A model generated the notes under the pieces. It saw only the letters and a program-made list of their open reading frames with translations, did no database searches and was not told the origin of the DNA. DNA of 64,000 nt from the NCBI RefSeq assembly GCF_000150275.1, contig NW_002060946.1, forward strand, positions 4,235,454 through 4,299,453, given 5' to 3'. The DNA is from Trichoplax adhaerens. Taxonomy: Eukaryota > Animalia > Placozoa. The translations under genes and the position numbers were made by a program. This document shows positions 39,271 through 52,883 of the stretch, one piece after another. Position 1 is the first letter of the stretch; each line of letters begins with the position of its first letter.

Positions 39271-42200
39271 TCTTTCCATAGATTGTTACTGTCATATATC
39301 TGAATCTTAGACTTGGTTTTAATGTTAGTATAGTAAGGTAGTACTGTTTGACTGACTCGGTTCGTATCTATAGATATTGTTAAACGATAATATGTATAGA
39401 ATGATAACGATTAATGGTTTATCATAGGATTAGGTATTGATATTATGCCCAAGCGTAGAATCGCTATGCGGAAATTGTGCATTGTATGCGTACGGTATAT
39501 ATAGCTGTATTAGAATGAAGACTGCGAGATTTTTGCGGTAACTACAGAAGTAATGCGGAATAAAGTTAGCTTGTAGCTTAGAAAAAGAAGCACGTGTATT
39601 TCTTTGAGTCCGAACCTGTTCCCCACGAAAATGCGCAACAGTTACTGTCTTCAGATTGGTAAATCTTAGTCCCAATTCTTTATAGAATTTCAAGGAAAAG
39701 ATGTTTCCGAGATTTTATTGTTATCTATATCAGTTAAATTAAAGTAATGTATTAGTGCCTGTACAAAAGGACCAATAAACAATAGCAGAGGCTTAAAGTT
39801 AGTCGATATTAACATATGTTCAATTACAGTAATTGAACAATTAATTAATACTAAAATAGAAGTTTACATAAGCAGACACGACAACTAATCTCTGTCATAA
39901 AAGTATAATTACGAGTTGGTTAGGCTTAACTTAATAAGAATTTGGTACTTTGCTTTTAAAATTCAGTAAATGTATTGTTTCTACTTAATAATACGTAATA
40001 TACTAAAAATAATATCAATTACTTGCAAGCGTCATAGCGGTAAATGTGTTTTATGAGTACTACTATGATATTTAGCATTTATCCAATAGAGTAAAATGCT
40101 TTGATTTCGTCGATTAATTAACGATCTGATATAATCATTATGCATCCTAAAGCCGAATATTGTTATATTTTGGAGATGGCAATAATTACAGGAGTGAAAG
40201 GAAGGAAATTAAATGATAGTGCATAGCATATCGTCACGCCTACTCATTAACGTAAAATACAGCCTGGTATATATGATGGCAGAGAACGAAACGAGGTCAA
40301 GAAAATACTGAATAAAGAGTAAATATCATAACAATTATTTAACTTTCGGAATAATGTTACTGATTGACCCGTCGACTCATGTATCAGAGATGGGTTTACT
40401 ATTCTTTGTCTTTATGCAAATACGTTAAATATCTTTAAATTTCTGAAAGATAAATTATACATTAAGGAAGATTCTTACGATAATCAAATCAATGTATAGG
40501 CATGGTATAGATTACTGTACTGCTGTCATGATATAGCCATTGTCATCAGGCTTTATTCACAAAACATGCATCTGAATATGGCGGAACATGTTGCGAACAT
40601 TGATAAATACTATAGCGGATTGTATTATTTCACTAAACGGCAACACAGATACTAAACTTTGCTTAAAAGGTATCCTTGGTTCACTTCTTACTGAAATTGC
40701 CGTTAGTATAGACCATCTATGCGCTACACCAGCTTTCACTTCATGATTTCAGTACGGTCCTCAATTATTTATTCTCAGATTTCTTTCATACTCATCTAGC
40801 AGTTTAATGGATTTATAAAGCAAATGATGGAACTTTGTACATTATTATTCTTGTGCTTATGAAAGTACGTAAACCATACTCCGATTTGTTCTTTTCCTAC
40901 TACTATAGCAGAATCAACTTTGCTCGTTACTTTATCTTTAACTTGGTAGAAGACTACCATGATTACAACTGCGATAGTAATACCTTGCAGTCTATTAATC
41001 CTACCTAGTACACCAAATTATAATGATATAGTCGATATTTAATTTAGGAAAAACGATGTAAATCTTAATCGTGTCTATATCTTGAAATTATAATGCCAAT
41101 ACTGAGAGGTGCTAGCTGGCTATATTATCTGATTTCTAAAGTGATATAGAGATAGAAAAGTAATAGTAATATAATTAAAGGTTTCCCAACAATCTATAAT
41201 ACGCTTTGTGTAACATTGTTATTATTACCAGTCTCAACTAGAATTAGACATACCATATACGGACTGTAACAGTAGACTAGCAATCGGGGTGCGGTTGTTT
41301 CATTTTTTGCACCCCTTCATAGATTATTTATTAATAAAATCTTGTTTACTCTTTTACCCATTCTTCTTAACCGGATCTTGCCTGCGGATATTGTTCTAAG
41401 TATCACTTAAATTACCGGAAAACAATGTTTACCTTGATACCAATGACAAAGGACAAAATAATTGATATAGTATAGACTGCATAGTTACTAACGCAAGCTA
41501 CTAAATATCTGCGACAAATGCACAAATAGTGAGCCCATTTGATTAGACATCTGTACTGATATATTCCTGTAATTGTATCGGCAATTTTACGTGGTAACTT
41601 CGTAATATAAGCTAAAAATAATAAATTTAATGCTATACTCGTATGGCAATGTTCTATTTATATGTACACAGTAGATACTATCGTTAATAATAGGGTAGAA
41701 AATAAGCTCTATCAGCAGTAATAGTAAATAAGGAAAAAGAAAGGGGATAATTTTTGTTCATTTGAGGCCGAAGGTTAACAGCAATAATAATAATTTCCTT
41801 TTTAATTCTGTACCGGTAAGATGCAAATTAAAATTAAAATCAGTAAACTATATTAGCAGTCTTTGTAGGTCGTGAGTTTGCTTCTAATACAACATTTGTC
41901 AACTGCACTTCTTGTACAGTGCGGTAATCATACTGTTTATCGAATGAAGTAAAGTACTGGTACTGCTTTGCTTTCCTATACTTCGATACGTTTTATAAGT
42001 ATATAGAATAATGTTAACGAATAGTTATATACATAGCATACAATTAGTATATAGCACAATAACAGAGGCCTAGGACGTTTATAAAGTGCATAGTATTCAA
42101 TGAGTACCGTACTGTATATCGATATGTTTCGCAGATATGATTGAGTTAATTAATACTCCAATACAACTATTCCGGATAGAATATGAGATAACTAGTTTCT

Positions 42201-44765
42201 AATTATTGACTGTAAAAAAGAGTTTACATGGCTACGGTGCTGATGTAATCTATTTAATGTCCATAGCAAAAATTATTGCAATTGCTTTTGCGTGGAGTTT
42301 GAAATAAATATAGTAGCTCTTAGAAACCAATTAATCATGACAACTATGAGATCAGCTATCCGTAGTGAAATTACTGCAATGACAGGTACAATATAACATG
42401 AAATAAATAATTTAACTATTTGATAATGCAATTACTTCGAAGTAATAATTGCAAATGGACCTTGGTAATATCATCAAGTACTACGTACTTCGCAAAGTAC
42501 CCATGGTAACAGAGGATATACGGTTAATTTTTAAGTTTAGACGATTACAATTTCGGTTCGGGTTTTTTTGCTATGTCGATTGACAAATCTCAAGGCCTAA
42601 GTCTGAAAATCGTAGGACTACTTACGTGATTTATGTTTCTCATATGGGTAGCATTATATAGGATGCTCTAGGGTTGACAGAGCTGATGATTTATATGCTT
42701 TTTATGCGTAGTAGTAGAGTTCACACTCGTTATGCTTTGCCCACTGTATCCAGTCTGTATGTAATGTACCTGTACTTTTTACATGACATTAATTTTATAC
42801 ATAAAGCTGAAACTAAAAATATTATACTGTATACTGTACATAAAAGCTTTGCAGTAATAAGTAATACTGTGATATGTACTGTAGTCTTAAGTTACTTTAA
42901 GTGTATGTAATTAAAGACAGAAATAAAGTTTTTATACTTTATGCATACCATATTTGGCTCGAGATTCGCTATTTTTTTTCGTTTCATCGTGCTACGAAAT
43001 GGCTAATTGTATTCAATAGTTAAGTTGTATGCTACGTGGACTGTAGATATAATTACATAATTTTATAATCTTTTGTACATAGATTTAGTAATCATAAGTC
43101 ATGAAGAAGTCGCTTCCCGTTCGTTACCAACGGGTGTAGATAGCTAGTTTAATTTAATATGGTGATACTGATGCGTTCCATAAGGGTTATTTTTGACAAT
43201 AAACGTCTTGACACCTAATGTTTAGTTTCCGATTCGTCACCATTTCTTGTTATATTCTACTGCAGTGTACCTAATATTCCCTGTAAATCTACAATGCCAA
43301 GAAAGATTATAGATGCCTCTTCCTTCTATATATCCGATTATCACTGTCACATTTTGATTAAAGCGATTAACTTTAAAGCCAACACAATATTCAAATAATA
43401 CCCGAGGTAGTTCAATCAATAGGAAAAGTAAATAGCCTACTTTTGCGTTTTATAACAACGATAATTTTGAATAGAAAAGTAAATAATACGTATGTAGGAT
43501 GCTTTTTTTTACGTTTAACATCGAGGATATCCCAAAATAATCGCAAAGTATTAAATTTAATGTCAATCAATAAATTATTAAACTATTTATTGGGTAGTAT
43601 ATGAAATGAAAATAATAATGAAATCATTTAGCTGTAGGTTGTAATGGAATTATGAACATGATAAAAATTATCATAATGCTATGCTGCTGTTATACTACTT
43701 TAATTTTCACTACGAAGTCATTTAATCATGTACTTTAGTAAAATGAAATATACATCATCAACTAGAAATGGAAGAGCATAAGGTTTCAAGATACAACTAC
43801 TCTTAATAATACATAGTATTGTCACTTCATTTGTAAGTGCGTCCGAGTGCGGTACCTACCTCAATTAAATTATATCGTCGTCTACACGTAAGCGGTGTAC
43901 TAAAACTTTGCAATTGCTCGTTTACTTGCTGCTAATGCATTGATATACGGGTATACGTACTGCAAGAACGGAGTAAAATGGTGTTGGTCGGTTACCTCTC
44001 TTGATATGACTGCGTACTGAGTATAAAACGGATAAATTGTCTGTTTCGCACGGTATGGTGTGCAGATTAAGCTAGTACTTTAATAAATAATCTTGTCAGG
44101 TATTTATTAGACCTTGACGAGATGATAATTAATAATTTACGAGTATACTGCTACCGTAGTGTACGTATTACAAATTCTGTTTATTGTTGATTTTGTAAAG
44201 CAGGGTGGGGGTTACCTACGTTCAACTTCGTTGGTTTCTATCAGTTTTCTTACGGTCTCTGTTCCTGCCCAACGTCCTTTTGTTATTGTTAATAAGAAGA
44301 TGAAGAAGAGGCGCAGCAAAACGGTAAAATATCCAATCACTTTACCCCAGGTGTATCGCCCTCAACTGTACTACAGACGGTGCGATTTAGTTTACAGTAT
44401 ACGGTATATCTCAGTGTTATGTGAACATTTACGTAAATGCTTAATTAATCATGCAAAATTGCAAATTAAAGGAAGGGGAATTAGGTGAATTAACATTAAT
44501 TTAATATTACGCAGTTGGTATACTCCAGTCTATATACTGTAGAGTGTAAACGTAAAAGAATGAAAAAGAACAGACGAATAGTCGTAAAACCTTTACCGTT
44601 GGGTATTGTTTTCTACCTGAATGCGGTAGGTGCAGGTGTATAATTGGACGTTCAATGCGGACCTTATATAAACCGCATAAACAGTCCAACATCACTACGA
44701 CAAATTTTTATCCTTTTCAAGTTGCATTGTGCGAGTTACTAAATTTGACGGCCGAAAAGTGAAAA

Positions 44766-45527
44766 ATGTATTTGTATTCATTATTAATCCTAAGTTATGT
44801 TATTGCCATCGCTATTCCCAGCAATGCAAAGGCTTTACGGTACCGGGATGAGAATGCTTCAATGCTTAAAAGTTCAACAAAGTCAAAACTCTGTTTAAAG
44901 TATATGCAAGGATTGCAAGCAGTTTTTCAACGATTATCTGATGTGAATATTTGTTCGTTTCCTAGGTATAATACTAGAAATTTTGAACTTCCGAACTGCG
45001 AAAAAGAGCAAACTTCACCATCGCCATTTACAGATACTTTCCTTGATATGGCTATTAGTAATTTGCCTTTTAATAATACAAATCAATCGTTATGTCGTAG
45101 GGATATCTTGTACCCTACAATTCTCGCTAATGTATCTTTCCACCATGCATTGATTAACAAGAACAGCACTGACGTTTCCGTACAATTATCTATTAAATTA
45201 TATCGATTTTACTTAAAACTGTTACACGCTATAGTTAATACAGACAGAAATAATAAGGTTCTTAAATTGGAGAAGATGTGCTCAATTCCATTCATGGATA
45301 CTAGTTTGGACGCCATCAACGTTGCAGCTCAAGAGATACCATTCAATTGCTTCGATTGCGAAAAGGACATCAATCCTATATTCCTTTACCAAAATACCAA
45401 AGATATTGCATTTGTTTTTCTTCATGCTCCATCCAACCAAAGTTGCGAACCATACCATTCAAGTGTCGTCTTGATGTATCAGCTGTTAAAAGAGTTCAAA
45501 TTTGAAAAATTAAACTCGCTTATATGA
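44766..45527 (+). CDS. Secreted Cys-rich alpha-helical glycoprotein, paralogue 3 (253 aa, intronless)
   Basis: Signal peptide MYLYSLLILSYVIAIAIPSNA. Motifs CSFPRYNTRN, DILYPTIL, INKNSTDVSV, LYRFYLKLL, NPIFLYQ, DIAFVFLHA and LMYQLLKEFKF. TATA-like box at about 44665. Confidence 0.88.
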   Translation: MYLYSLLILSYVIAIAIPSNAKALRYRDENASMLKSSTKSKLCLKYMQGLQAVFQRLSDVNICSFPRYNTRNFELPNCEKEQTSPSPFTDTFLDMAISNLPFNNTNQSLCRRDILYPTILANVSFHHALINKNSTDVSVQLSIKLYRFYLKLLHAIVNTDRNNKVLKLEKMCSIPFMDTSLDAINVAAQEIPFNCFDCEKDINPIFLYQNTKDIAFVFLHAPSNQSCEPYHSSVVLMYQLLKEFKFEKLNSLI

Positions 45528-48500
45528 GCAACAATTCGTATGCAGTACAAGACTTCGCTGATATCATATAACATTGTTTTAATATATTTAAAAGACGATA
45601 CTTATAAAATTTGAAGGGTAATCATTACGCTGAACGACATCATTATAATTTATATAAATTTATTTTCAAAATTATCCCTCATTCTTGGATTATTTCTATG
45701 CAAGAGCGATATAATATTGAATTTGTCTAAAATGACAGTTTAATGCTTTTTTTCACGGCATACTTAGAATATTAAAAAAGAAAAGCATAATTTGCGATAA
45801 TAATAATCCTTAGTTTTTGTGTTTAAGGCTTAACGTAATGCAGTATTGCAGTATACACCTCGGCAAGCTCTCAGTTGTAACTTTAAAATTAAAACGTAAT
45901 GCTAAATCGATTGCATTTCTATTTATACTATGAAATATACTGTACGAGTTTATGCTATAATTTATCTATACAAAGGTAAACTATACCTCACTGTGACGTA
46001 CATTTAAATGTATAAATTAATGCGTATTTGGTTTAAATTATAGTATGCTGTACCATGAAAAATGAACTACTGATGAAGCTGCCAGTGAAGTTTCGCCTAG
46101 TTATATTCTATTCTTAAATCTTCTTTCTATAGGACAGAGAAATTTTACTGTTAGCATCTAGATATTACTGGATTACGAAATATTTGTCTGCGATAAAGTA
46201 AGTATACTATATTATTATTAGTGATATATCCTTTAAATTTCTTTACTGTAATTAAAGGCAGCGGTATAGACATAAATCATGTTATCCGTAATATATTACC
46301 TATAATACTTCCCTTCAACTTAATGTCGCGACAGATATATTACTTAAAATGTAAACAGTCTACCGGTGCTTGAACAATAAAATAAAAACTAAGCATATAA
46401 ACAATCGTTAGTAAAAATTTTTCCCATTAATTGTTTACAGAACTTACATTGTTAATCTGAGTTCAAATTCTTTTACAATTTTGAAGAAAAACCTGTTTAA
46501 AAGATTTCATTGTTATCTTATATCAATTAAATTTTAAGTAACATTTTACACACTCTGCAAAAGGACTAATAAGCTAGGCTTATAATTAGTCGATAATAAT
46601 ATTTATTCAATTATAGTAATTAAACATTTAATTAGTGCTAAAATGGAAATTTAGATAAATAGACGCGATAGCTAATCTTAGCCACAGAAGTGCAATTATG
46701 AGTTGGCTACAGTTAACTTAATAGCAACTTTTGCTCATAAAATGAACATATTATTTCTACCCGATAATTAATAGATCAGGTCAATTACCTGAGAAGTTGT
46801 AGTATTGCACGAATCCTATTATCATGTATAGCAGTTATCGAACAGAATGTAATGCTTCAATTCCGTCGATTAATTAGTGATTGGGTGTAATGATTATGCA
46901 TACTAAAGCCGAATGCTGTTATATTTTGATAATTGCAATAGATAGTGATTATAGTGAATGAAAGAAAGTTAAATGATAGCGTATAATCTATTGCTGTGCC
47001 TACTCATCAACATTAATAAGGCAAGATATACATACATATATTTGATATTAGAGAAGGAAGTGAGATCAAGGAAATACCGAATAAATAGTAATATCATAAC
47101 GGTTATTTAACCTTCGAACATAATTAAAATTAGCTTGCGATGATTTCTTCGTGTATATGAATAGCTACTACATATTGACATTCCGGCTTCTATTATACTC
47201 CAAAATATATTTTCAAACTAGAGAATGCTTTGCTAATTACGGATAAACTGAATAAACTCTATATATTACGTATAAATAACACAAGGTTTAAAGTTATAGA
47301 ATCGATCGTGTCACCAAGTACATAAGATAGTATATTCACATTTATATATTATTATTTCGAAACTGTTTCAGCTTGTAGCTAATTAATTATAATATCTCGT
47401 ATATACATGTTTGTATAATTATTAGGCTATTATTTTTATAGACGTCTCCGGTATTTTCTAATTAAAATTGAATTTCTTTAGCAACTTTTTTAGTATAGTG
47501 CGACCATAAAGTATTTTTTAAATCGCGATGCGGTCATAACTCTTCCTATAACTCTATTATACCTTCCGCATTGTAATTGATCAAAGTATAATCTTAACTA
47601 TTCATTAAAGAGGCGCACCTACCTTGAAATAGCAGTTTAATGAATATTTTAAATTGCAAGCTTGATAAACTGCTGAAATTTGCCTATCCTTTGTTGTTGA
47701 ATAGATTAATCGATAGGAAGGATTTAAACCACTGATTTTATTTCTTTTACCATAAAATCAATTTTGTCTTTTTAGTAACACGTCGCTCATGAATAATAGA
47801 TTAGTTTACTATTCTTTGTCTTTATGCAAAAATAATTGTTCCCTGATTCTTAAATTGGGTTCCATCTTGAATTTCTGAAGGCAAATTTATGTTAAGGACA
47901 ATCTTTGCGATAATTGAATCACTACGTAGGGCAATATGTCAATACAATATACTTACTTGATGTTTCTATGAAAACAACACTGTAGTGATAGACTGATAGT
48001 TAGGTGCAAAAAGTTCCTAAATTTTTACCCTATCATTGTCTTGATTAGTTTGTGACCTATTCGATATTAATTTGTCATGATTCTACAGAATAATTTCTAC
48101 AGTATATGAATACGATACGGTTATACCTATTACCGATAAACGAAAATTTTAATTAATATGGACTCTAAATAATATTTTGCTGAATCATTGGCTGTTTTGC
48201 CAGATGATAGGAAAGATTGATTTTATGGTGGCCTTCAACCTTTAATTAAACTAAAATGTATTGTATACTCATAATTTCCATGGCATAAAATCACATACCT
48301 CTTATGAAATAAAAAATTTAATTCAATAGCAATCTATCGGAATCTTGTCATATAATCCTCATAAATCACAAATTTTTAAATAATTATAGTAACATTTAAA
48401 ATGTACTAAGAACGCATAGTTTTTAAATCTCTTGTTTGAAATGGTAAGCTATCTGAGTACAGTAATATTTATATACATACAATGTGGCGATCATTACTAA

Positions 48501-50609
48501 CTATCTTGGGATAATTAAAATTGGGCGTTTTTAAATATTCGAGATTATGCTGCTTAGGCACTTTTTTATTTGAAACTTTAACCGAATAGAATCTTGCAAT
48601 TTACCACTATTAATTGCCTATGTTGAATAAGTAAAGTAAAATTCTTGTCTTTCAATGTCTCCAAAAATATATATTTTTGGATATATTTGTCTGAATAGTG
48701 CTTTAATCTATCAAAATCTTCTAATTTCTTCTAATGTGTCAATCACGAATTACACACGTCTTAATAATTGATATTTTTCAGGGTCTTTAGAGATTAAGTC
48801 ATTTTGTTGCCCGACTATCGTTACTTTTATTAGTAGTTTTTGACCTAGAATAATTTTCTACTGCGCTACTATCGTGATAAAGTCATTGTCATCAGGCTTT
48901 ATTCATAAAATAACACATCTGTATAATTGTCGAACATGTTTCTTGTGAATATTGATAAATACTTAGTTTAAAATGATAAGTGCATCCTTGGTTCATTTCA
49001 TAGTGAGTTTGCTAATCCAATTTTCACTTAGAAATTGGCTTCAATATGCAATGATTCATTTTAAGACTCCTTTTCATACTCATTAAACTTTTTAATAAAG
49101 CAAAGTTAGAACTTTGTAAATTGTTACCAATGTGCTTGTGAAGAAATGTGACAATAGCCTTCTTCAACTTTTCCACTGCTGTAGTACAATTAACCTTATT
49201 AGTTGCTCAGCTTTATCTTAGTGGAAGATTGACATGATTACGGCTGCGATTGTGATACTGTACATTAGCGCTAAATGATATATGACATGGTCGATATTCA
49301 GTTAAGAAAAGACGATGCTAATCTCATTTTGTATTTCCTTGAAGTTACAACATCAATACTGAGAAGCGTTAGCTGATTGCATGATTTCTTAGTGATATAG
49401 TGACAGAAAAGTAATATCAATAGATTCCCAACAATTTGTAATACTGTATACCTTTCATCATAATGTTGTCGTCAGCCTCAACTAGAATTAGATATACCTG
49501 GCAGGTTTTCTGTGATGCCGTTGCTTACTTTTTCGTACTTATTTTGTAAATTAGTTGGTAAAAAAATCTTGTTTGTTCTTTTTATTCATTCTTCTCTTTG
49601 AATTGGATCTTATCCATAATATTGTTTTTATTATTACTTGAATTGCCGGCGGACAATGATTTATCTGGATACCAATTTTTGTAGCCATTACTAACACTAA
49701 CTTGAATTGAAACATCTGCAGATAAGGTCAAATAATTGATGGAAGATATATTGTAAGGGTGCACTTACTAACAAACAGTACTGAATATTTGCAACGAGTT
49801 TACAGATAGGGTTGCATATTCCAGCTAACCCCTGTGTCGATATCTGTTAGTTAATATGCTGACGGTTTTATAAGGTAACTTAATAGTGAAAGCTAAAAGT
49901 AAGAAATTGAATGCTGTATGGCAATATACGAGTACTATTAAGATATGAACTGATATTTACAGTAAATGCATACTTAATGTAGATAATAGAATCGAAAGTA
50001 CATCAAGAATCAGGCAGCAACAAAGGAGAGGTGACAACCTGTGTTGTTTTTGAGATCGAAAGTTAATAATTTGTATCATTTCTTTTTTCTATTTTGTAAG
50101 ATGTAAAATAAAATTGAAATTAGTGATATCATGTTAGTGGCCTTTATATGTTGTTGGTTGTCTTACTAGTTCGACCTTATACTACTTATTCAGTTTCACT
50201 TCTTCTACAGGACGACAATACTATTATTCGTGGGATGAAAGAAAGATAGGTAGTATGTTGCTGACCAGAACTTTAATAAGTTTAGTAAGTATCTAGAATA
50301 GAATAATAATGTTCCTGCATGCATACTTAACATACAGTCGATGTATAGTATAATAGAAGCTCCAATCACTTAGCATCGTTAGCATATAGTATCCTATTTA
50401 ATGTGCGATTATATAACTCAAACGTTAACGAATTAATCCATACTTGAGGTTGCCAACACGACAAATTCAGATAGATTTTAAAATAAGTCGTCTATAATTT
50501 TGACTGTAAAAATGAATTTGCAAGACTACGGAGTAGATGTAATCTATCTGATGTCTAGAAAAAAAATGATCGTAATCCGTTTTAACATACTGTTTGAAAT
50601 GAATGCAGT

Positions 50610-51400
50610 AGTTTATAATTGTTAGAAAGTAATCAATTATGATAACTATGAAATCGACTATTCATAACGAAATAATTGTCAAGGCAGGTACAACAACATC
50701 AAATAAACAGTTTGTAATTATTTAGAAGTTAATTATGATGGCTACGAGAGTAGATAAACGCATTTAGTTTTAAATAAATAATTTCCAATTTCTTGGAAAA
50801 GTAATTATGATGATAAAGAACAACTGTATGTAGGAAAAAGTTATTGTATAGGCAAGCGTATACGGTATCGAATTGATAGCATATAATTGTTGGAAACTAA
50901 TTAAGATGACAACGCTAGTAGATAGATATAATAGTATTTATTGTAATGCAGTGTCAAATTAATAGCTTATCATTTTTGAAATGTTACTATGATAATTATG
51001 ATTACCAAGCGAAATCTGTATATCGACATTGTTGTATATTCGAGTGTATGTAATCTATAATTAAATGTTTGTGATTAACAAAACGATGACAATTCAAGCA
51101 GATATGTCTAGAAGAACTATTATAAAGACAAGTAAATACGCTATCACATAGATCGTTTAATTATTGGAAGCTAATTATGATAACTGATAGAGTAGACGCG
51201 AATGATTAGAATTCATTTTCCCACTGCACCAATAAATAGTCTATGATTTTAATTTTTGCAAGCTAATTCTATTACGATAATGACTGTAAAAGCAGATAAC
51301 GCTTAGCAGAACTTTTCAGCATGTTATCAGATCAATAATTTATCATTTCTAGAAAGCAATTATGAGCGATTTTCTGCAAGATTAGATACGTAGAATAAAT
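50610..51400. repeat. Highly degenerate ~90-100-bp tandem array (about 8 copies)
   Basis: 'aatt.tt(g/a)gaa(a/g)..aattatgat.actg/a...agtagat' occurs near 50617, 50716, 50787, 50885, 50970, 51159, 51250 and 51345. Confidence 0.6.
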
Positions 51401-52020
51401 GATTGTGTATTGCAAACGGTATCATGTATTTACTATTGCGTAGCATAAAGAGGATTTCCTGGATATTTCCTCGAACAGTATGTTAAGTCATGTTTTGATT
51501 ATTAAAGGCATGCGTTTCACTAGTACCATACACCCCCCCCCCCGATTTCTATTATTATTACTTTACGATCAATTTTGATTAATTTGATTTTACGGCTTCT
51601 CCTTACGCTTGCCTCCGTTATTATTTTCTGAAATGAACTTATTCACTAACCCATCGACGTCATCCACCAAAAGAGTGCCATTATCCCTATTGGACTTTTA
51701 GTAAATCTCTAACACTTTCTAAGGGAAACACTTTAATTGCTGATATTAATTTCGAACGCTTTATACGGTGATAATGTTTTGTTTGTGTGGATTTGGTGGG
51801 CAATTGCCTTTGTCAAAGGAAGGACTTAAGTGTTAGCACTACAGCCTGCCACTATGCAATTTGTACAGATGATGGAGAAGGTTTTCTTCTATCTCTACTA
51901 AATTATAAACTATCACAGTTATCCCACATTATTAAGCTTCTATTTTACGTAGATCATATCGTTATCAAACTACTTCTAAAATTTCCGAAAACAAGTATTT
52001 TATTTTTGTGTAAATTAATT

Positions 52021-52090
52021 CCCCCCCCCCCATACCCCTAAAATTGGGGGGGGGGGGTATCTGTCTGCTCGTCTTGTCTTGTCTGTATAC
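52021..52090 (+). mobile_element. Possible Helentron/HINE (DINE-1-like) terminal remnant: C-run/G-run inverted repeat followed by a TGTC-type microsatellite
   Basis: C11-ATACCCC-taaaatt-G12-TAT, then ctgtctgctcgtcttgtcttgtctgt. The other end was not identified. Confidence 0.4.
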
Positions 52091-52883
52091 CATTCGGTTC
52101 AGGATTTTTGTAACCATTTAGCAGGAAAACCGATTGAAATCGTCCCTATTTATAGCAAAAGCTAGAGTAGTCACTGCTCATTTAACTGTAAAAAAGAACA
52201 AGAGGGAAAACTGCTGTTCACTGTACTAATAATGTGGTGACTGATTATTTCGCTGGTTAATTTGAAGTACATCCAATCCAAATTAACTACTCTTGTGCAG
52301 TATGGTATATATTACCATCGACTACTAGGAAAATGTTTCTGGTAGTTGATGAATTCACACTGAACTACTGGTGGTAGTTTCCGTCTCTTTCTTACCATGG
52401 ACTCTTGAAAAGAAAGAAAGAGACCGATTAAAGCGTACACCAAATCATGGATAGATTTAGTTCAGGTTTTAATTTGCACAAAATCAATCTAGCCTAGGCA
52501 AGGACTACTCGAAGAATATTTCTAGTGGTTTATGCCCTAGGTATGGACTACTAAAAGAAGACCTTGCATGGCCTCAGTGGCGTTAGATCGATTGCGGACA
52601 GTATAGTGTACCGTTACAGACATGCAATGCAGTTGAAATGACCAGTAAGATAATCCACCTCTCCTCTGTTAGTATGACTGCCGTGACTCTATGCAGTCCA
52701 CTGTTCCTACAGTACTTTACGCTACAATGCAATGTACTGTGTACTACAGTACTGTGCAGTACTATACACAGCGTATTCATGAGCGCATGAGCACTGTAAT
52801 GTGTAAACTGTAGGTGCAGCCAATCAAAGTCGCTCTCAGCCTTGTCTTGATCTCTTTAGAATCTTGCTCAAACTTGCATAAAC

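Larger units (their letters stand above)
27040..50750 (+). repeat. Tandem segmental duplication cluster of five homologous units, each carrying a secreted-protein gene or a remnant
   Basis: Blocks alignable by eye: 27060-31560 with 31742-34890; 35810-37060 with 45530-47030; 39650-42450 with 46440-50750; 37940-38760 with 43420-43990. Confidence 0.85.
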
